Notes: a model not told the origin generated them from the letters alone. A stretch of 46,418 nucleotides of DNA from PVC group bacterium (GCA_003561965.1 PWXJ01000317.1:1-46418), one strand, 5' to 3'; shown: positions 9,160 to 18,305, counted from the first letter of the stretch. Made by a program: numbers and translations.

Positions 9160-9310
9160 TGTCTTGTCTCCGGCCCCGGAAACGAACCCCCCGGGTCGGG
9201 TCGTTCTCCGGCGCCGGACCGGTCGGATTTTTCGCCCGATCCTGACTCCGCCCCAGTCACCGCCGATGTCTTTCCGGAGAAATCGTCAGGTTTTCCCCGG
9301 CGGATTGAGA

Positions 9311-10669
9311 TCACATAAAGATCCCGGCGATGGTCCCGGTCATAAAGGCGGCCAGGGTGCCGCCGATCATCGCCTTGAAGCCGATCCGGGCCAGGTCGTG
9401 GCGGCGCTTGGGGGCGATCCCGCCGATCCCGCCGATCTGGATGGCGATCGAGGAGAAGTTGGCGAATCCGCAGAGCGCGTAGGTGGCGATCACCACCGAC
9501 CGCTCGTGAAGCTCGACGCCCGACTCGAGCAGACGGGCCAGGTTGGCGTAGGCGACGAACTCGTTGATCGCCGTCTTCTGCCCCAGGAGCTGGCCGATCG
9601 TCTCGCAGTCCGACCAGGGGACCCCCATCACCCAGGCCAGGGGGGCGAAGATCCAGCCGAGCAGGGTGTCCAGGCTCAGGTTGCTGGTTATCCCGAAGAT
9701 CCAGTCCAGGAGGAACCCGAACTGCTGGATCAGGTAGTTGGCCACGGCGATCAGGGCAATGAAGGCCAGGAGCATCGCCCCGACGTTGAGGGCCAGGGTC
9801 AGGCCGGTCCCGGCCCCGGAGGCGGCGGCGTCGATGACGTTGACGTTGGTCTTGGGCAGCTTGACCCGGACCCCGCCCATCGTCTTCGGGACCTCGGTCT
9901 CCGGGTACATCAGCTTGGCCATCACGACCCCGGCCGGAGCCGACATAATGCTGGCCGAGATCAAGTGCCCGGCGATATCCGGGAAGTAGTGCCTCAGCAT
10001 CCCCACGTAGGCCGCCATCACCCCCCCGGCCACGGTGGCGAACCCCCCGACCATCACCACCATCAGCTCGGAGACCGTCATATCGTTGACGTAGGGCCTC
10101 ACCACCAGGGGGGCCTCGGTCTGGCCGACGAAGATGTTGGCCGAGGCGGAGAGGGTCTCAGCCCCGCTGGTCCCGAGAAACTTCTCCATAATCTTGGAGA
10201 AGAAGGCCACTATCTGCTGCATCACCCCCAGGTAGTAGAGGACCCCCATCAGCGAGGAGAAGAAGATGATGGTGGGCAGGACGTTGAAGGCGAAGTAGGC
10301 CCCGGTCCGGGCCATCCTCCCCGGAACCTCCACCAGCCTCCCTTCCGGTCCGACCTCCATCACCGGGACATCGTTGCGGACCAGGTTGCCGAAGATGAAC
10401 TCGGAGCCTTCCTCGGCGAAGCCCAGCAGCTTGATCACGGCGTCGTTCATCGTGGCGAAGAAGACCTCCCCGGGGGCGGTCTCGACGCCGAAGCTGGACT
10501 TGATCAGCAGATTGAGGGGGCTGTTGGGAAGGATGATGATCGCGAAGAAGACCTGGAGGGCGATCCCCAGCACCAGGACCCGGAAGCTGATCTTCTTCTT
10601 GTTGTTGGAGAAGAGAAAGGCGATGAGAATCAGGACCAGCATCCCGGACAGACTGACCAGTCGATACAT
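9311..10669 (-). CDS. nupC: NupC/CNT-family concentrative nucleoside transporter
   Basis: 452 aa and polytopic. The C-terminal signature is CGFANFSSIAIQIGGIGGIAPKRRHDLARIGFKAMIGGTLAAFMTGTIAGIF. Confidence 0.85.
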   Translation of the reverse strand: MYRLVSLSGMLVLILIAFLFSNNKKKISFRVLVLGIALQVFFAIIILPNSPLNLLIKSSFGVETAPGEVFFATMNDAVIKLLGFAEEGSEFIFGNLVRNDVPVMEVGPEGRLVEVPGRMARTGAYFAFNVLPTIIFFSSLMGVLYYLGVMQQIVAFFSKIMEKFLGTSGAETLSASANIFVGQTEAPLVVRPYVNDMTVSELMVVMVGGFATVAGGVMAAYVGMLRHYFPDIAGHLISASIMSAPAGVVMAKLMYPETEVPKTMGGVRVKLPKTNVNVIDAAASGAGTGLTLALNVGAMLLAFIALIAVANYLIQQFGFLLDWIFGITSNLSLDTLLGWIFAPLAWVMGVPWSDCETIGQLLGQKTAINEFVAYANLARLLESGVELHERSVVIATYALCGFANFSSIAIQIGGIGGIAPKRRHDLARIGFKAMIGGTLAAFMTGTIAGIFM

Positions 10670-10690
10670 AACCTTCCCCCTTTGAAACGG

Positions 10691-11482
10691 TTAGCTCTCG
10701 GAAATTTCCTTTCGGGAATGGCGGCAGATTCCCCGACGGGCCCGGCGGACGAAATCGACGAGTGCATCGGCCCCCGGGCCGAGGTTCTCCTTTTCGATCT
10801 CGGCCGCCGCCTGGCTGGTGTTGAGCCCGGAGTGGTAAAGCAATCGATAGGCCCGCTTCACCTGCCGCCGGTCGGCGGGCGAAAACCCGGCCCGGCGGAG
10901 GCCGACCAGGTTCAGGCCCATCACCAGCGACCGCTCCGCCACCATCATATAGGGCGGAACCGACTTGGTCACCCGGGCCCCGCCCCCGAGCATCGTCAGG
11001 GTTCCGATATCGCAGAACTGGTGGATGACGACGTTGCCGGAGATGAAAGCCCTGTCTTCGACGTGGACGTGGCCGGCCAGAAGCGCCCCGTTGGCGACGA
11101 TCACCTCGTTGCCGAGCACGCAGTCGTGGCCGAGATGGGAATAGGCCATCAGGTAGTTGTTGTCCCCGACCACCGTGGCCGAACCTTCCTTCGAGCCCCG
11201 GTGGATCGAACAACCTTCCCGGATGGTGTTGCCCTTCCCGATCCGGAGGAAAGACTCCGCCCCTTCGTAGGAGAGGTCCTGGGGAGCGTTTCCGAGAACG
11301 GCGAAGGGATGGATTTCGTTATCCGGCCCGATCTCGGTATTGGAGGTGACGTAAACGTGGGCGATCAGCCGGGTCCCGGCGGCGATCTTCGCCTTCCCTT
11401 CGACGATCGAGTAGGGACCGATCTCGGCCCCGGGGTCAATCTTGGCGGCCGGATCAACGACTGCCGTCTGGTGGATAGCCAT
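10691..11482 (-). CDS. lpxA: acyl-ACP--UDP-N-acetylglucosamine O-acyltransferase
   Basis: IHQTAVVDPAAKIDPGAEIGPYSIVEG hexapeptide repeats, a HLGHDCVLGN block and the C-terminal helical domain GLNLVGLRRAGFS...AYRLLY. Confidence 0.92.
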   Translation of the reverse strand: MAIHQTAVVDPAAKIDPGAEIGPYSIVEGKAKIAAGTRLIAHVYVTSNTEIGPDNEIHPFAVLGNAPQDLSYEGAESFLRIGKGNTIREGCSIHRGSKEGSATVVGDNNYLMAYSHLGHDCVLGNEVIVANGALLAGHVHVEDRAFISGNVVIHQFCDIGTLTMLGGGARVTKSVPPYMMVAERSLVMGLNLVGLRRAGFSPADRRQVKRAYRLLYHSGLNTSQAAAEIEKENLGPGADALVDFVRRARRGICRHSRKEISES

Positions 11483-11590
11483 TACAACGCCTCATAACCG
11501 TAAACGGTCGGGTCAAAAGAAGACCATAATAACAGAACCTTCACCCCCGCCAATAAAAAACCAACCTAAAAAAACCAAACTCGGAAAAAG

Positions 11591-11624
11591 ATTACCCATT
11601 CCCAGGGGCATTAAATCGGGTAAT
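11591..11624 (-). terminator. weak hairpin plus T-tract after the paralog operon
   Basis: On the minus strand ATTACCC (11624-11618) pairs with GGGTAAT (11597-11591) across a 20-nt loop, followed by CTTTTTCC. The stem is short and the loop large, so this call is tentative. Confidence 0.3.
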
Positions 11625-12642
11625 GGTCCGGCTGCTTCTTCGAGATATTGAAACTGATATCCACCGCCACCGCCTCGTAGGTCCGCTTCCGGTCGGTGAT
11701 CCGCAGCAGGCGGCCCTCCAGCCAGATCCGCTCCCCCTCCCAGTACTCCCCCCGGACCGAACCGTCGTAACAGACCACCCGGATATCCTCCCGCTCCTTC
11801 CCGTTGAGGAAGACGTCCTTGAGCTCGAGGATGATCGGGAGGTAGGCGTTGTGAGTATCGTCGGCGATGGTCCCGCTCACCGTGACGTCATCTTCGATCA
11901 CCGAGATCTCGGCCTCGGAGAGGGGGACCTCGTCCCAGTCCTGATAAACGAAGAAGGGGCAGAGAAGAAACCCGTTGTGATAGACCCGGATCGGCCAGTA
12001 ACGGCCGAATTCGAAGACCCGGCGGTCGGGCTCCTCGGACAACCGGTGGAGCCGGTCGCGGACCCGGAGGTTCTCCTTCAGGGCGCCCATAAAGATCACG
12101 TCGAAATCCATATCCTCTTCTTCGATCTTCCCATAGGCCAGCGATCCGGTCACCCCCATCTTTTCCAGGGGAAAGTCCATCAGGTCGGCGGCCTGATCCG
12201 CCCAGGGCCTGACGGTATCGGGATACATCTCCCGGCAGAGCTGGAGGGAACGGGCGGGATCGAAATAGCCGACGAAATCCTCGATCGGGAACTCCAGGGT
12301 ATAATCGGCCACCAGCGGCCGGGGCTTGTCCGGGTCGAGCGAGGGATCGACCTCGTACTGCTTGACGATCTGGACATCGTTCATTATCGCCACGTGCTCG
12401 CCGTCGACCCAGGCCTTGTGCATCGCCTGGTAGCGACGGCCCCAGATATCGGAGTCTCCCTCGGCCAGGGGGTAGTAGATGATCTTACCGATGAAATAGC
12501 CCGGGGTGGGATGGTAATAGCCGTGCGAAAAGACAAAACACCCGTCCTTTCGGAGAAAATACAGTGAATCCTTGATCCGGCCCTTCAGGTCGGAGATCGG
12601 GTTGAGAAATTTCTCCATTATCTTTTCGAATTTATCGGCCAT
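11611..12642 (-). CDS. uncharacterized protein, paralog 3 of 3; putative Pol-beta-superfamily nucleotidyltransferase-like core
   Basis: 343 aa with a GAGGAGAGG RBS. It shares many blocks with the two upstream ORFs. The central motif is GVTGSLAYGKIEEEDMDFDVIF (aa 163-184, nt 12091-12156). Confidence 0.85.
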   Translation of the reverse strand: MADKFEKIMEKFLNPISDLKGRIKDSLYFLRKDGCFVFSHGYYHPTPGYFIGKIIYYPLAEGDSDIWGRRYQAMHKAWVDGEHVAIMNDVQIVKQYEVDPSLDPDKPRPLVADYTLEFPIEDFVGYFDPARSLQLCREMYPDTVRPWADQAADLMDFPLEKMGVTGSLAYGKIEEEDMDFDVIFMGALKENLRVRDRLHRLSEEPDRRVFEFGRYWPIRVYHNGFLLCPFFVYQDWDEVPLSEAEISVIEDDVTVSGTIADDTHNAYLPIILELKDVFLNGKEREDIRVVCYDGSVRGEYWEGERIWLEGRLLRITDRKRTYEAVAVDISFNISKKQPDHYPI

Positions 12643-12662
12643 AACCTCTCCTCATCGAATTA

Positions 12663-13745
12663 TCAAACCTCCGCCCGGGCTTCCCTGTCGCTTTCGACGG
12701 CCTCCGGGGAGGAGGGAACCGACTGCCGGGCGGGGTCCTCGCCGATTTTTTTGATGTTATCCCAGAGCGTGACCAGCAACGCCGGAAAACTATCCCCCAG
12801 CTGATTGACTTCGACCAGGCGGGCTTGCATCTTCAGGAAATCGCCGTTGAAGTACTCGCCCCTCAGGGCGCCGTCGTAGATGATCAGGGGCAGCGGTTCG
12901 GCGGTTTTACCGTCAATCGTCAGATCCTCCAGGGGAAGCAGCGGCGGCATATAGTTGGTGTGGGTGTCGTCGGCCACCACCCCGGAAGCCTCGACGTCTT
13001 CCCGGATCACCTCGACGGAGAAATCCCGCAGGGGCGCGTCCTCCCACCGCTCGTAGGTGAAGAAGGGGCAGATCAGGTACCCCCCCTGGTACATCCGCAT
13101 CGGCCACCAGCGGCCGAACTCGATCACCCGGTGCTCGGGGAGGACCGAGAGGGAACGGATGGTCCGGTAGACCCGGCGGTTGTCCTCGATCGACCCGGGG
13201 ATGACCAGGTCGAGGTCGTCGTCGCCCTCCTCGTGTCGGCCGTAGGCCAGCGAGCCGGTCAGCCCGAGTTTCTCCCAGGGAACCCCCAGGGCCTCGGCCG
13301 CCATCCGGGTCCCTTCGCCGACCCAGGGGTAGAGGTCGAGGCAGGCCCGGAGGGAATGGACCGGGTCGAAAAAACCGACACAGTCGGCCAGGGGAAACTC
13401 CATCTCGTACTCGACAAAGACCGGGCGGGGGGCGTCGGGGTCGAGCGAGGGGTCGATCTCCCCGTGAGCCCGGATCTGCTCGGGGTGGCCGATGTAGATG
13501 CACTCGTCCCCGACCATCTTCTTCGTGGTGCAGCCGTACTCCCGTCCGAAGATATCGATATCCCCGCCCGGCTTCGGGTAATAGATAATCTTGCCGTACA
13601 TCCCGCCTTCCGGGTGGCAGTAACCCTCGGTAAAGATGAAACTGCCGTCCCGGCGGAGGAAGTAGAGGGAATCGGTGGCCCGACCCCCTTCCAGTTCCGA
13701 AAGCGGGCGCATAAACTTCTCGATCATTTCCTCGAAATTCCGCAT
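12663..13745 (-). CDS. uncharacterized protein, paralog 2 of 3; putative nucleotidyltransferase-like core
   Basis: 360 aa. The motif is GLTGSLAYGRHEEGDDDLDLVI. Shared blocks include LYFLRRDGSF, DPSLDPDAPRP, EFGRWWPMRMY, DDTHTNYMP and YDGALRGEYFNG. It has an extra acidic C-terminal tail. Confidence 0.85.
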   Translation of the reverse strand: MRNFEEMIEKFMRPLSELEGGRATDSLYFLRRDGSFIFTEGYCHPEGGMYGKIIYYPKPGGDIDIFGREYGCTTKKMVGDECIYIGHPEQIRAHGEIDPSLDPDAPRPVFVEYEMEFPLADCVGFFDPVHSLRACLDLYPWVGEGTRMAAEALGVPWEKLGLTGSLAYGRHEEGDDDLDLVIPGSIEDNRRVYRTIRSLSVLPEHRVIEFGRWWPMRMYQGGYLICPFFTYERWEDAPLRDFSVEVIREDVEASGVVADDTHTNYMPPLLPLEDLTIDGKTAEPLPLIIYDGALRGEYFNGDFLKMQARLVEVNQLGDSFPALLVTLWDNIKKIGEDPARQSVPSSPEAVESDREARAEV

Positions 13746-13766
13746 CGTTCTCTTCTGGTCAATTGC

Positions 13767-14774
13767 TTAATTTTCCTTGTTGATCTGGTCGCTCAGGGTG
13801 ACCAGTAGGGCTTCTTCTTCGCTCCCCCCCTTCTCGATCAGGATCCGGCGGGCGACGAACTTCAGGTAATCCCCGTTGAAGTACTCCCCCCGGAGCGATC
13901 CGTCGTAAATCACCAGGTTGAGGTCGGGGGATTTCTTCCCGTTCAAGAGCAGGTGAGAGAGCCGGACAATCGAGGGCATATAGATCGAGTGGGTATCGTC
14001 ATCGACCATCCCCACCCCCTTGACATCCTCTTCCAGAACCTTGATCCGGCAGTCCCGGAGGGGGATCTCTTCTTCCAGGCGGTAGTTGAAGAAGGAGCAG
14101 ATCATCATCTTCTTCCAGTAAAACCGGATCGGCCACCAGCGGCCGAACTCGAAGACCCGGTTGCGGGGATCCCGGGTCAGCTCCCGGATTTTCGCCAGGA
14201 CTTCCCGATTCTCGGCGAGCGTCCCGTACCAGACCAGGTCGATGTCGTCGTCGGGGTCCTCGAACTTCCCGTAGCAGGTGGAACCGGTACAGCCGAGCCG
14301 GGAGAGGGGAACGTCGAAACCGGCGCGGATGTCGTCGATGGAATTCTTCACCGTGGGATAGATCTCCATCGCCGTCCGCAGGGAGTGGCGGTGTTCGAAG
14401 ACCCCGGAAAAATCGCCCAGGGGAAACTCGACGTGATATTCCTCGTAAACCGGCCGGGGACGGGAAGGGTCGAGGCCGGGAGAGAGCTCAAACTGGAGCC
14501 GGAGCTGTTCGGGATGGGGGATCAGGACCAGTTCCCCGTCCACCACCTTCTTGTAGCTGGAGCGGAACTTTCTCCCGAAGATGTCGGTATCTCCGGCCGG
14601 GTCGGGGGAGAGCATCACCTTGCCCATCAGCCCCCCTTGAGGATGGAGATAACCCTCGGTGAACACGAATGCCCCGTCTTGCCGGAGAAAATAATAGGCG
14701 TCCCCCACCCCCATTTCCAGGCTGGAGAGGGGCTGGAGAAAACGTGAAATCATCTGTTCATAGAGGTCGTTCAT
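13767..14774 (-). CDS. uncharacterized protein, paralog 1 of 3; putative nucleotidyltransferase-like core
   Basis: 335 aa with a GAGGTAAG RBS. The motif is GCTGSTCYGKFEDPDDDIDLVW. Shared blocks include YYFLRQDGAF, EFGRWWPIRFY, DDTHSIYMP and YDGSLRGEYFNG. Confidence 0.85.
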   Translation of the reverse strand: MNDLYEQMISRFLQPLSSLEMGVGDAYYFLRQDGAFVFTEGYLHPQGGLMGKVMLSPDPAGDTDIFGRKFRSSYKKVVDGELVLIPHPEQLRLQFELSPGLDPSRPRPVYEEYHVEFPLGDFSGVFEHRHSLRTAMEIYPTVKNSIDDIRAGFDVPLSRLGCTGSTCYGKFEDPDDDIDLVWYGTLAENREVLAKIRELTRDPRNRVFEFGRWWPIRFYWKKMMICSFFNYRLEEEIPLRDCRIKVLEEDVKGVGMVDDDTHSIYMPSIVRLSHLLLNGKKSPDLNLVIYDGSLRGEYFNGDYLKFVARRILIEKGGSEEEALLVTLSDQINKEN

Positions 14775-15005
14775 ATAATAATCTTACCTCGCGGTTACTG
14801 CCGGGGCCGGAAACTTCGTGAGCGAAATCGAGGGCTGGCATCAGAAACAGGGGGGTAATTTAGGCGAGCCGATCCTTCCTGTCAATCTTAAAATCCCGGG
14901 GCCGCCGGTCTGTCTCCAGGGAGAATTTTTTAATTTTTTCCTACCGGAACCAGAGTCGAAGGGGATATACTCGGAACAATCTGAACGGGTAAGGAGGCAT
15001 CGAAA
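14775..15005. promoter_or_regulatory. divergent intergenic region between the paralog operon and the L,D-transpeptidase gene
   Basis: A 231-nt non-coding gap between divergently oriented genes. An AAGGAGG RBS precedes the 15006 ATG. No specific -35/-10 boxes are assigned. Confidence 0.4.
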
Positions 15006-15773
15006 ATGAAAATTCACCTGGTAGCGATTTGCTGTATCCTGGCGGCCGGCTGCGCGACCCACCGGCCCGAATTTCCTCCGTTGCCGGAACCGGCGGATCC
15101 CCTGGAGGTGGAGATTGAAGAGCGGGAGGGGGTGATCGTCGATCCGGTGGAGATCGAGGAAGCGGTCGAGATCGTCGACCCGGAACTTGAACCGCCGGAA
15201 CCGCCCCGGGAAGACCTTTCCTGGAAGGAGATCGCCGAACTGGGCGAGGAATATACGATCGCCCCCGGGGACACCCTGAGCGGGATCGCCGCCCGCTACC
15301 GGGTGGGGACGGGACTGCTGGTCCGCCTCAACGATATCCCCGACCCGGACCTGATCCGGCTCGGGCGGAAGCTGACCGTAATCGAGGGTCCTTTCCGGAT
15401 CGAGGTCGACAAGGGAGCGAGAACCCTGAGCGTCTTTCTCGGAGATACTTTCATCCGCTCCTACCCGGTCGCCCTGGGGAAACGCGACAGCACCCCGGAA
15501 GGCGAGTTCGAGGTCCTGCGGAAGCTGGAAAACCCGCCCTGGACCGACCCCTACCACCGGACCATCGTCACCGCCGACGACCCGGAATACCCGCTGGGAA
15601 CCCGCTGGATCGAGTTCATCCCCCCGCCGGGGGCCTACGGGATTCACGGATCGAAGATCGAGGAGGAGATCGGGACCGAGGCCTCCTTCGGCTGCGTCCG
15701 CCTCCTCCACCCGGCCGAGGAGGAGGTCTACGACTTCGTCACCATCGGCTCCCCGATCCTGATCCGGCCCTGA
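15006..15773 (+). CDS. LysM domain-containing L,D-transpeptidase (YkuD family) lipoprotein
   Basis: Lipobox MKIHLVAICCILAAGC, LysM YTIAPGDTLSGIAARYRVGTGLLVRLNDI and the YkuD catalytic block YGIHGS...ASFGCVRL. Confidence 0.9.
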   Translation: MKIHLVAICCILAAGCATHRPEFPPLPEPADPLEVEIEEREGVIVDPVEIEEAVEIVDPELEPPEPPREDLSWKEIAELGEEYTIAPGDTLSGIAARYRVGTGLLVRLNDIPDPDLIRLGRKLTVIEGPFRIEVDKGARTLSVFLGDTFIRSYPVALGKRDSTPEGEFEVLRKLENPPWTDPYHRTIVTADDPEYPLGTRWIEFIPPPGAYGIHGSKIEEEIGTEASFGCVRLLHPAEEEVYDFVTIGSPILIRP

Positions 15774-15795
15774 CCCCATAACCAGAAAAAGATTT

Positions 15796-15970
15796 TTCAC
15801 CGCAAAGTCGCAAAGAACGCAGAGGGACGCAAAGGGAGATTAGAGTTTCAGTTCGAAAATCCAAGCCCCTTCTATAATTACAGTAGCGTCGCATTGTTAT
15901 TTCTCTCGGATAAATAAATCAATAAATTCCTCTTTGCGCATCTTTGCGCCCTTTGCGACTTTGCGGTGAA
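15796..15970. repeat. 175-bp inverted-repeat element built from CGCAAAG-type motifs around an AT-rich core
   Basis: The left arm is TTCACCGCAAAGTCGCAAAG at 15796-15815 and continues imperfectly to about 15835. The right arm is its exact reverse complement, CTTTGCGACTTTGCGGTGAA, at 15951-15970 and continues imperfectly from about 15931. The arms have 20 perfect bp plus 13/20 further matches, and the core of about 95 nt is markedly AT-rich. It lies between convergent gene ends. Confidence 0.75.
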
Positions 15971-15987
15971 TATTTATTCCTGGGGGG

Positions 15988-16794
15988 TCAGCGGGGCTGG
16001 TAGTACTGGAGGGCCTCGGGCATCAGCTTCCGGATCTCCCGGATCCGCTTCGAGGTGGTCGGGTGGGTGGAGAGAAACTCGAGGAATCCGACTTCCCCCT
16101 GCTCCTTCATCCTCTCCCAGAAAGGAATCGCCGCCCGGGGATCGTAACCGGCCCGGGCGGTCAGGATCAGCCCGATCCGGTCGGCCTCGTACTCCTGGGT
16201 CCGGCTGTAGGGGAGGATCAGGCCGACCGAGGCCCCGAGCCCGAAGGCGGTCAGCCAGAGTTCCCGGGTGGTCTCCGGCTCCCTCCGCAGGGCGAGATCG
16301 AGGCCGGTATAACCCAGCTGGAAGAGCAACAGCTGGCTGAGCCTCTCCCGCCCGTGGTTGGCCAGGGCGTGGGCCACCTCGTGACCCATCACCACCGCCA
16401 GCCCCTCCTCGTCCCGGGTCAGGGGCAGGATCCCGGTATAAAAGGCGATCTTTCCCCCCGGCATCGCCCAGGCGTTGACCGTCTGGTCGTCGTCGATCAG
16501 GGTAAACTCCCACTCGAAATCCCCCGCCCGGTCGGCCAGACCCTGATCCCGGAGGAACTCCTCGGCCGCGGCGGCGATCCGCCGGCCCACCCGTTCGACC
16601 ATCTCGGCCTCCGGGGTCGAGGTGAGAACCTTGGAACCGTCGATCACCTCCCGGTAGGAGGAACGGCTCATCTCCATCACTTCCCGGTCGGGCATCAGGG
16701 CCAGCTGGGTCCGCCCGGTATAGGGAACCGTGGCGCAGCCGGAGAGGAGCCCGGCGGCCAGGACCGGGAAGACGAAAAATCGCGGAATTCTCAT
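15988..16794 (-). CDS. M48 family zinc metallopeptidase lipoprotein
   Basis: Lipobox VLAAGLLSGC, the HExxH motif in VMGHEVAHALANH, and a downstream EYEAD block. Confidence 0.9.
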   Translation of the reverse strand: MRIPRFFVFPVLAAGLLSGCATVPYTGRTQLALMPDREVMEMSRSSYREVIDGSKVLTSTPEAEMVERVGRRIAAAAEEFLRDQGLADRAGDFEWEFTLIDDDQTVNAWAMPGGKIAFYTGILPLTRDEEGLAVVMGHEVAHALANHGRERLSQLLLFQLGYTGLDLALRREPETTRELWLTAFGLGASVGLILPYSRTQEYEADRIGLILTARAGYDPRAAIPFWERMKEQGEVGFLEFLSTHPTTSKRIREIRKLMPEALQYYQPR

Positions 16795-16855
16795 CGGCAG
16801 TTTTTTCTCCCCCTGTTTGCCCTATCAGACGGGGCCGGAGAAATAATATTCAATC

Positions 16856-18304
16856 CTACCGCAGGGGCAGGATCCGGCTGCTGATCTGGTGGACCCGCCG
16901 GGAGAAGAGGGTGAGGAGGATGATCTTCAGGTCGAGAAAGAGCGACCAGTTCTCCAGGTAGTAGAGGTCGTACTTGACCCGCATCCGGATCGAGGTATCC
17001 CCCCTGAGGCCGTTGACCTGGGCCCAGCCGGTCAGGCCGGACTTAACCTGGTGCCGGGACATATACCGGGGGATCGACTCCTTGAACCGCTCGACAAAGA
17101 CCGGCCGCTCCGGCCTCGGACCGACCAGGCTCATATCCCCCCGGATCACGTTCCAGAGCTGGGGAAGTTCGTCGAGACTGAACCGGCGGAGGAGCTTCCC
17201 GACCGGGGTCGCCCGGGGGTCGTCCCGGCAGGGCAATACCGGTCCGCTGCTTTTCTCGGTATCGACCGGCATCGTCCTCAACTTGTAGAGCTTGAACCGC
17301 TTCCCGTTCTCCCCCAGCCGCTCCTGCCGGTAGAAGACCGGCCCCCGGGAGGTGAGCTTGACGGCCGCCGCGCAGAGCAGGAGCACCGGGGCGGTGAGGA
17401 TCAGGCCCAGGGACGCCCCGACCAGATCGAAGGCTCTCTTCATAAAACGGTTCCAGGCCGAGTGGAGGGGGAGCGTCTGGAGACCGACCAGCGGGACACC
17501 GTCGAGGTTGACCACCTCGACCTGGCTGGTCAGGATCGAGAAGACGTCGGGAACCAGCCTGACCGCCACCAGGTTCTTCTCGCAGGTCAGGATGATCTCC
17601 ATCCCCCGCCGGTGGGGAAGATCGAGCCGGGTAATGATCGCCTCATCCACCGGGATCCGGCGGATGATTTCCTCGAATTCGTCGACCGTACCCAGCACGG
17701 GGATAGGGTATGATTCCGCCGGGTCTTCCTCTCCGTTCAGTCTCAGTATCCCGGCCACCTCGGCGCCCCAGCGGGGATTGGAAGAAAAATTATCGGCCAG
17801 CCGCCGGGCGATCTCTCCCCCTCCCAGAAGGATAATCTGCCTGAACTTCTTGTTCCGCTTCCAGACCTGCGTCTCCAGCTTGTCCAGTACCCTCCGGGAG
17901 ACGGTGAAAAGAATGATGCTGAAAAGCCAGCTGTAGGCCAGCATCCGACGGGAATAGGTGAAATCCTCCCGGTAGAGGAAGGTCAGGGCCATCAGGCTGA
18001 AGAGGGCCACGGTGACCGCCTTGACGATCGTGAAGAAGTGCCAGGAAGAGGAGTAATAGGTCTTGCGCCGGTAGAGGTGGAAGGACTTGAAGACGACCAG
18101 GAAGACCGCCAGAATCACCGGGTAAGCCTGCTGATAGGCAGCCAGGGGAGGAATACCCTTGGTAACCGGAAAGATCTCGGTCAGGGGAGAGAAAAAGCTG
18201 ATCCAGAACGCGGCGACCATTGAAGCGTAGAGGATCAGGCCGTCGACGACCAGGGTGATCAGGGTCAAGAAAGCGGTATGGCGGCGGATCTGGGTCATTT
18301 TCAT
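16856..18304 (-). CDS. polyprenyl-phosphate glycosyl-1-phosphate transferase (bacterial sugar transferase, WbaP/EpsB-like initiating enzyme)
   Basis: The track ORF extends to 18529, but its first 75 aa are Pro/Arg/Gly-rich and overlap the upstream GT4 gene. The ATG at 18304 lies one base after that gene's stop codon (18306-18308) and gives [22 protein letters not shown], a TM start. The C-terminal signature is KRAFDL...[25 protein letters not shown]...[24 protein letters not shown]. Confidence 0.88.
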   Translation of the reverse strand: MKMTQIRRHTAFLTLITLVVDGLILYASMVAAFWISFFSPLTEIFPVTKGIPPLAAYQQAYPVILAVFLVVFKSFHLYRRKTYYSSSWHFFTIVKAVTVALFSLMALTFLYREDFTYSRRMLAYSWLFSIILFTVSRRVLDKLETQVWKRNKKFRQIILLGGGEIARRLADNFSSNPRWGAEVAGILRLNGEEDPAESYPIPVLGTVDEFEEIIRRIPVDEAIITRLDLPHRRGMEIILTCEKNLVAVRLVPDVFSILTSQVEVVNLDGVPLVGLQTLPLHSAWNRFMKRAFDLVGASLGLILTAPVLLLCAAAVKLTSRGPVFYRQERLGENGKRFKLYKLRTMPVDTEKSSGPVLPCRDDPRATPVGKLLRRFSLDELPQLWNVIRGDMSLVGPRPERPVFVERFKESIPRYMSRHQVKSGLTGWAQVNGLRGDTSIRMRVKYDLYYLENWSLFLDLKIILLTLFSRRVHQISSRILPLR

Positions 18305-18305
18305 C

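Noticed and set aside
9164-11497. The longest ORF in the track (777 aa, plus strand), spanning the nupC and lpxA region.
   Set aside because: Its translation is low-complexity and rich in Gly/Pro/Asp/His/Arg with no recognisable motifs. It lies exactly antisense to two minus-strand genes that have unmistakable family signatures (NupC and LpxA). This is a typical stop-poor antisense frame in high-GC DNA.
14841-15800. 319-aa minus-strand ORF opposite the L,D-transpeptidase gene.
   Set aside because: The plus-strand frame has a lipobox, a LysM domain and the YkuD catalytic HG...SxGCVR motif. The antisense frame has no features.
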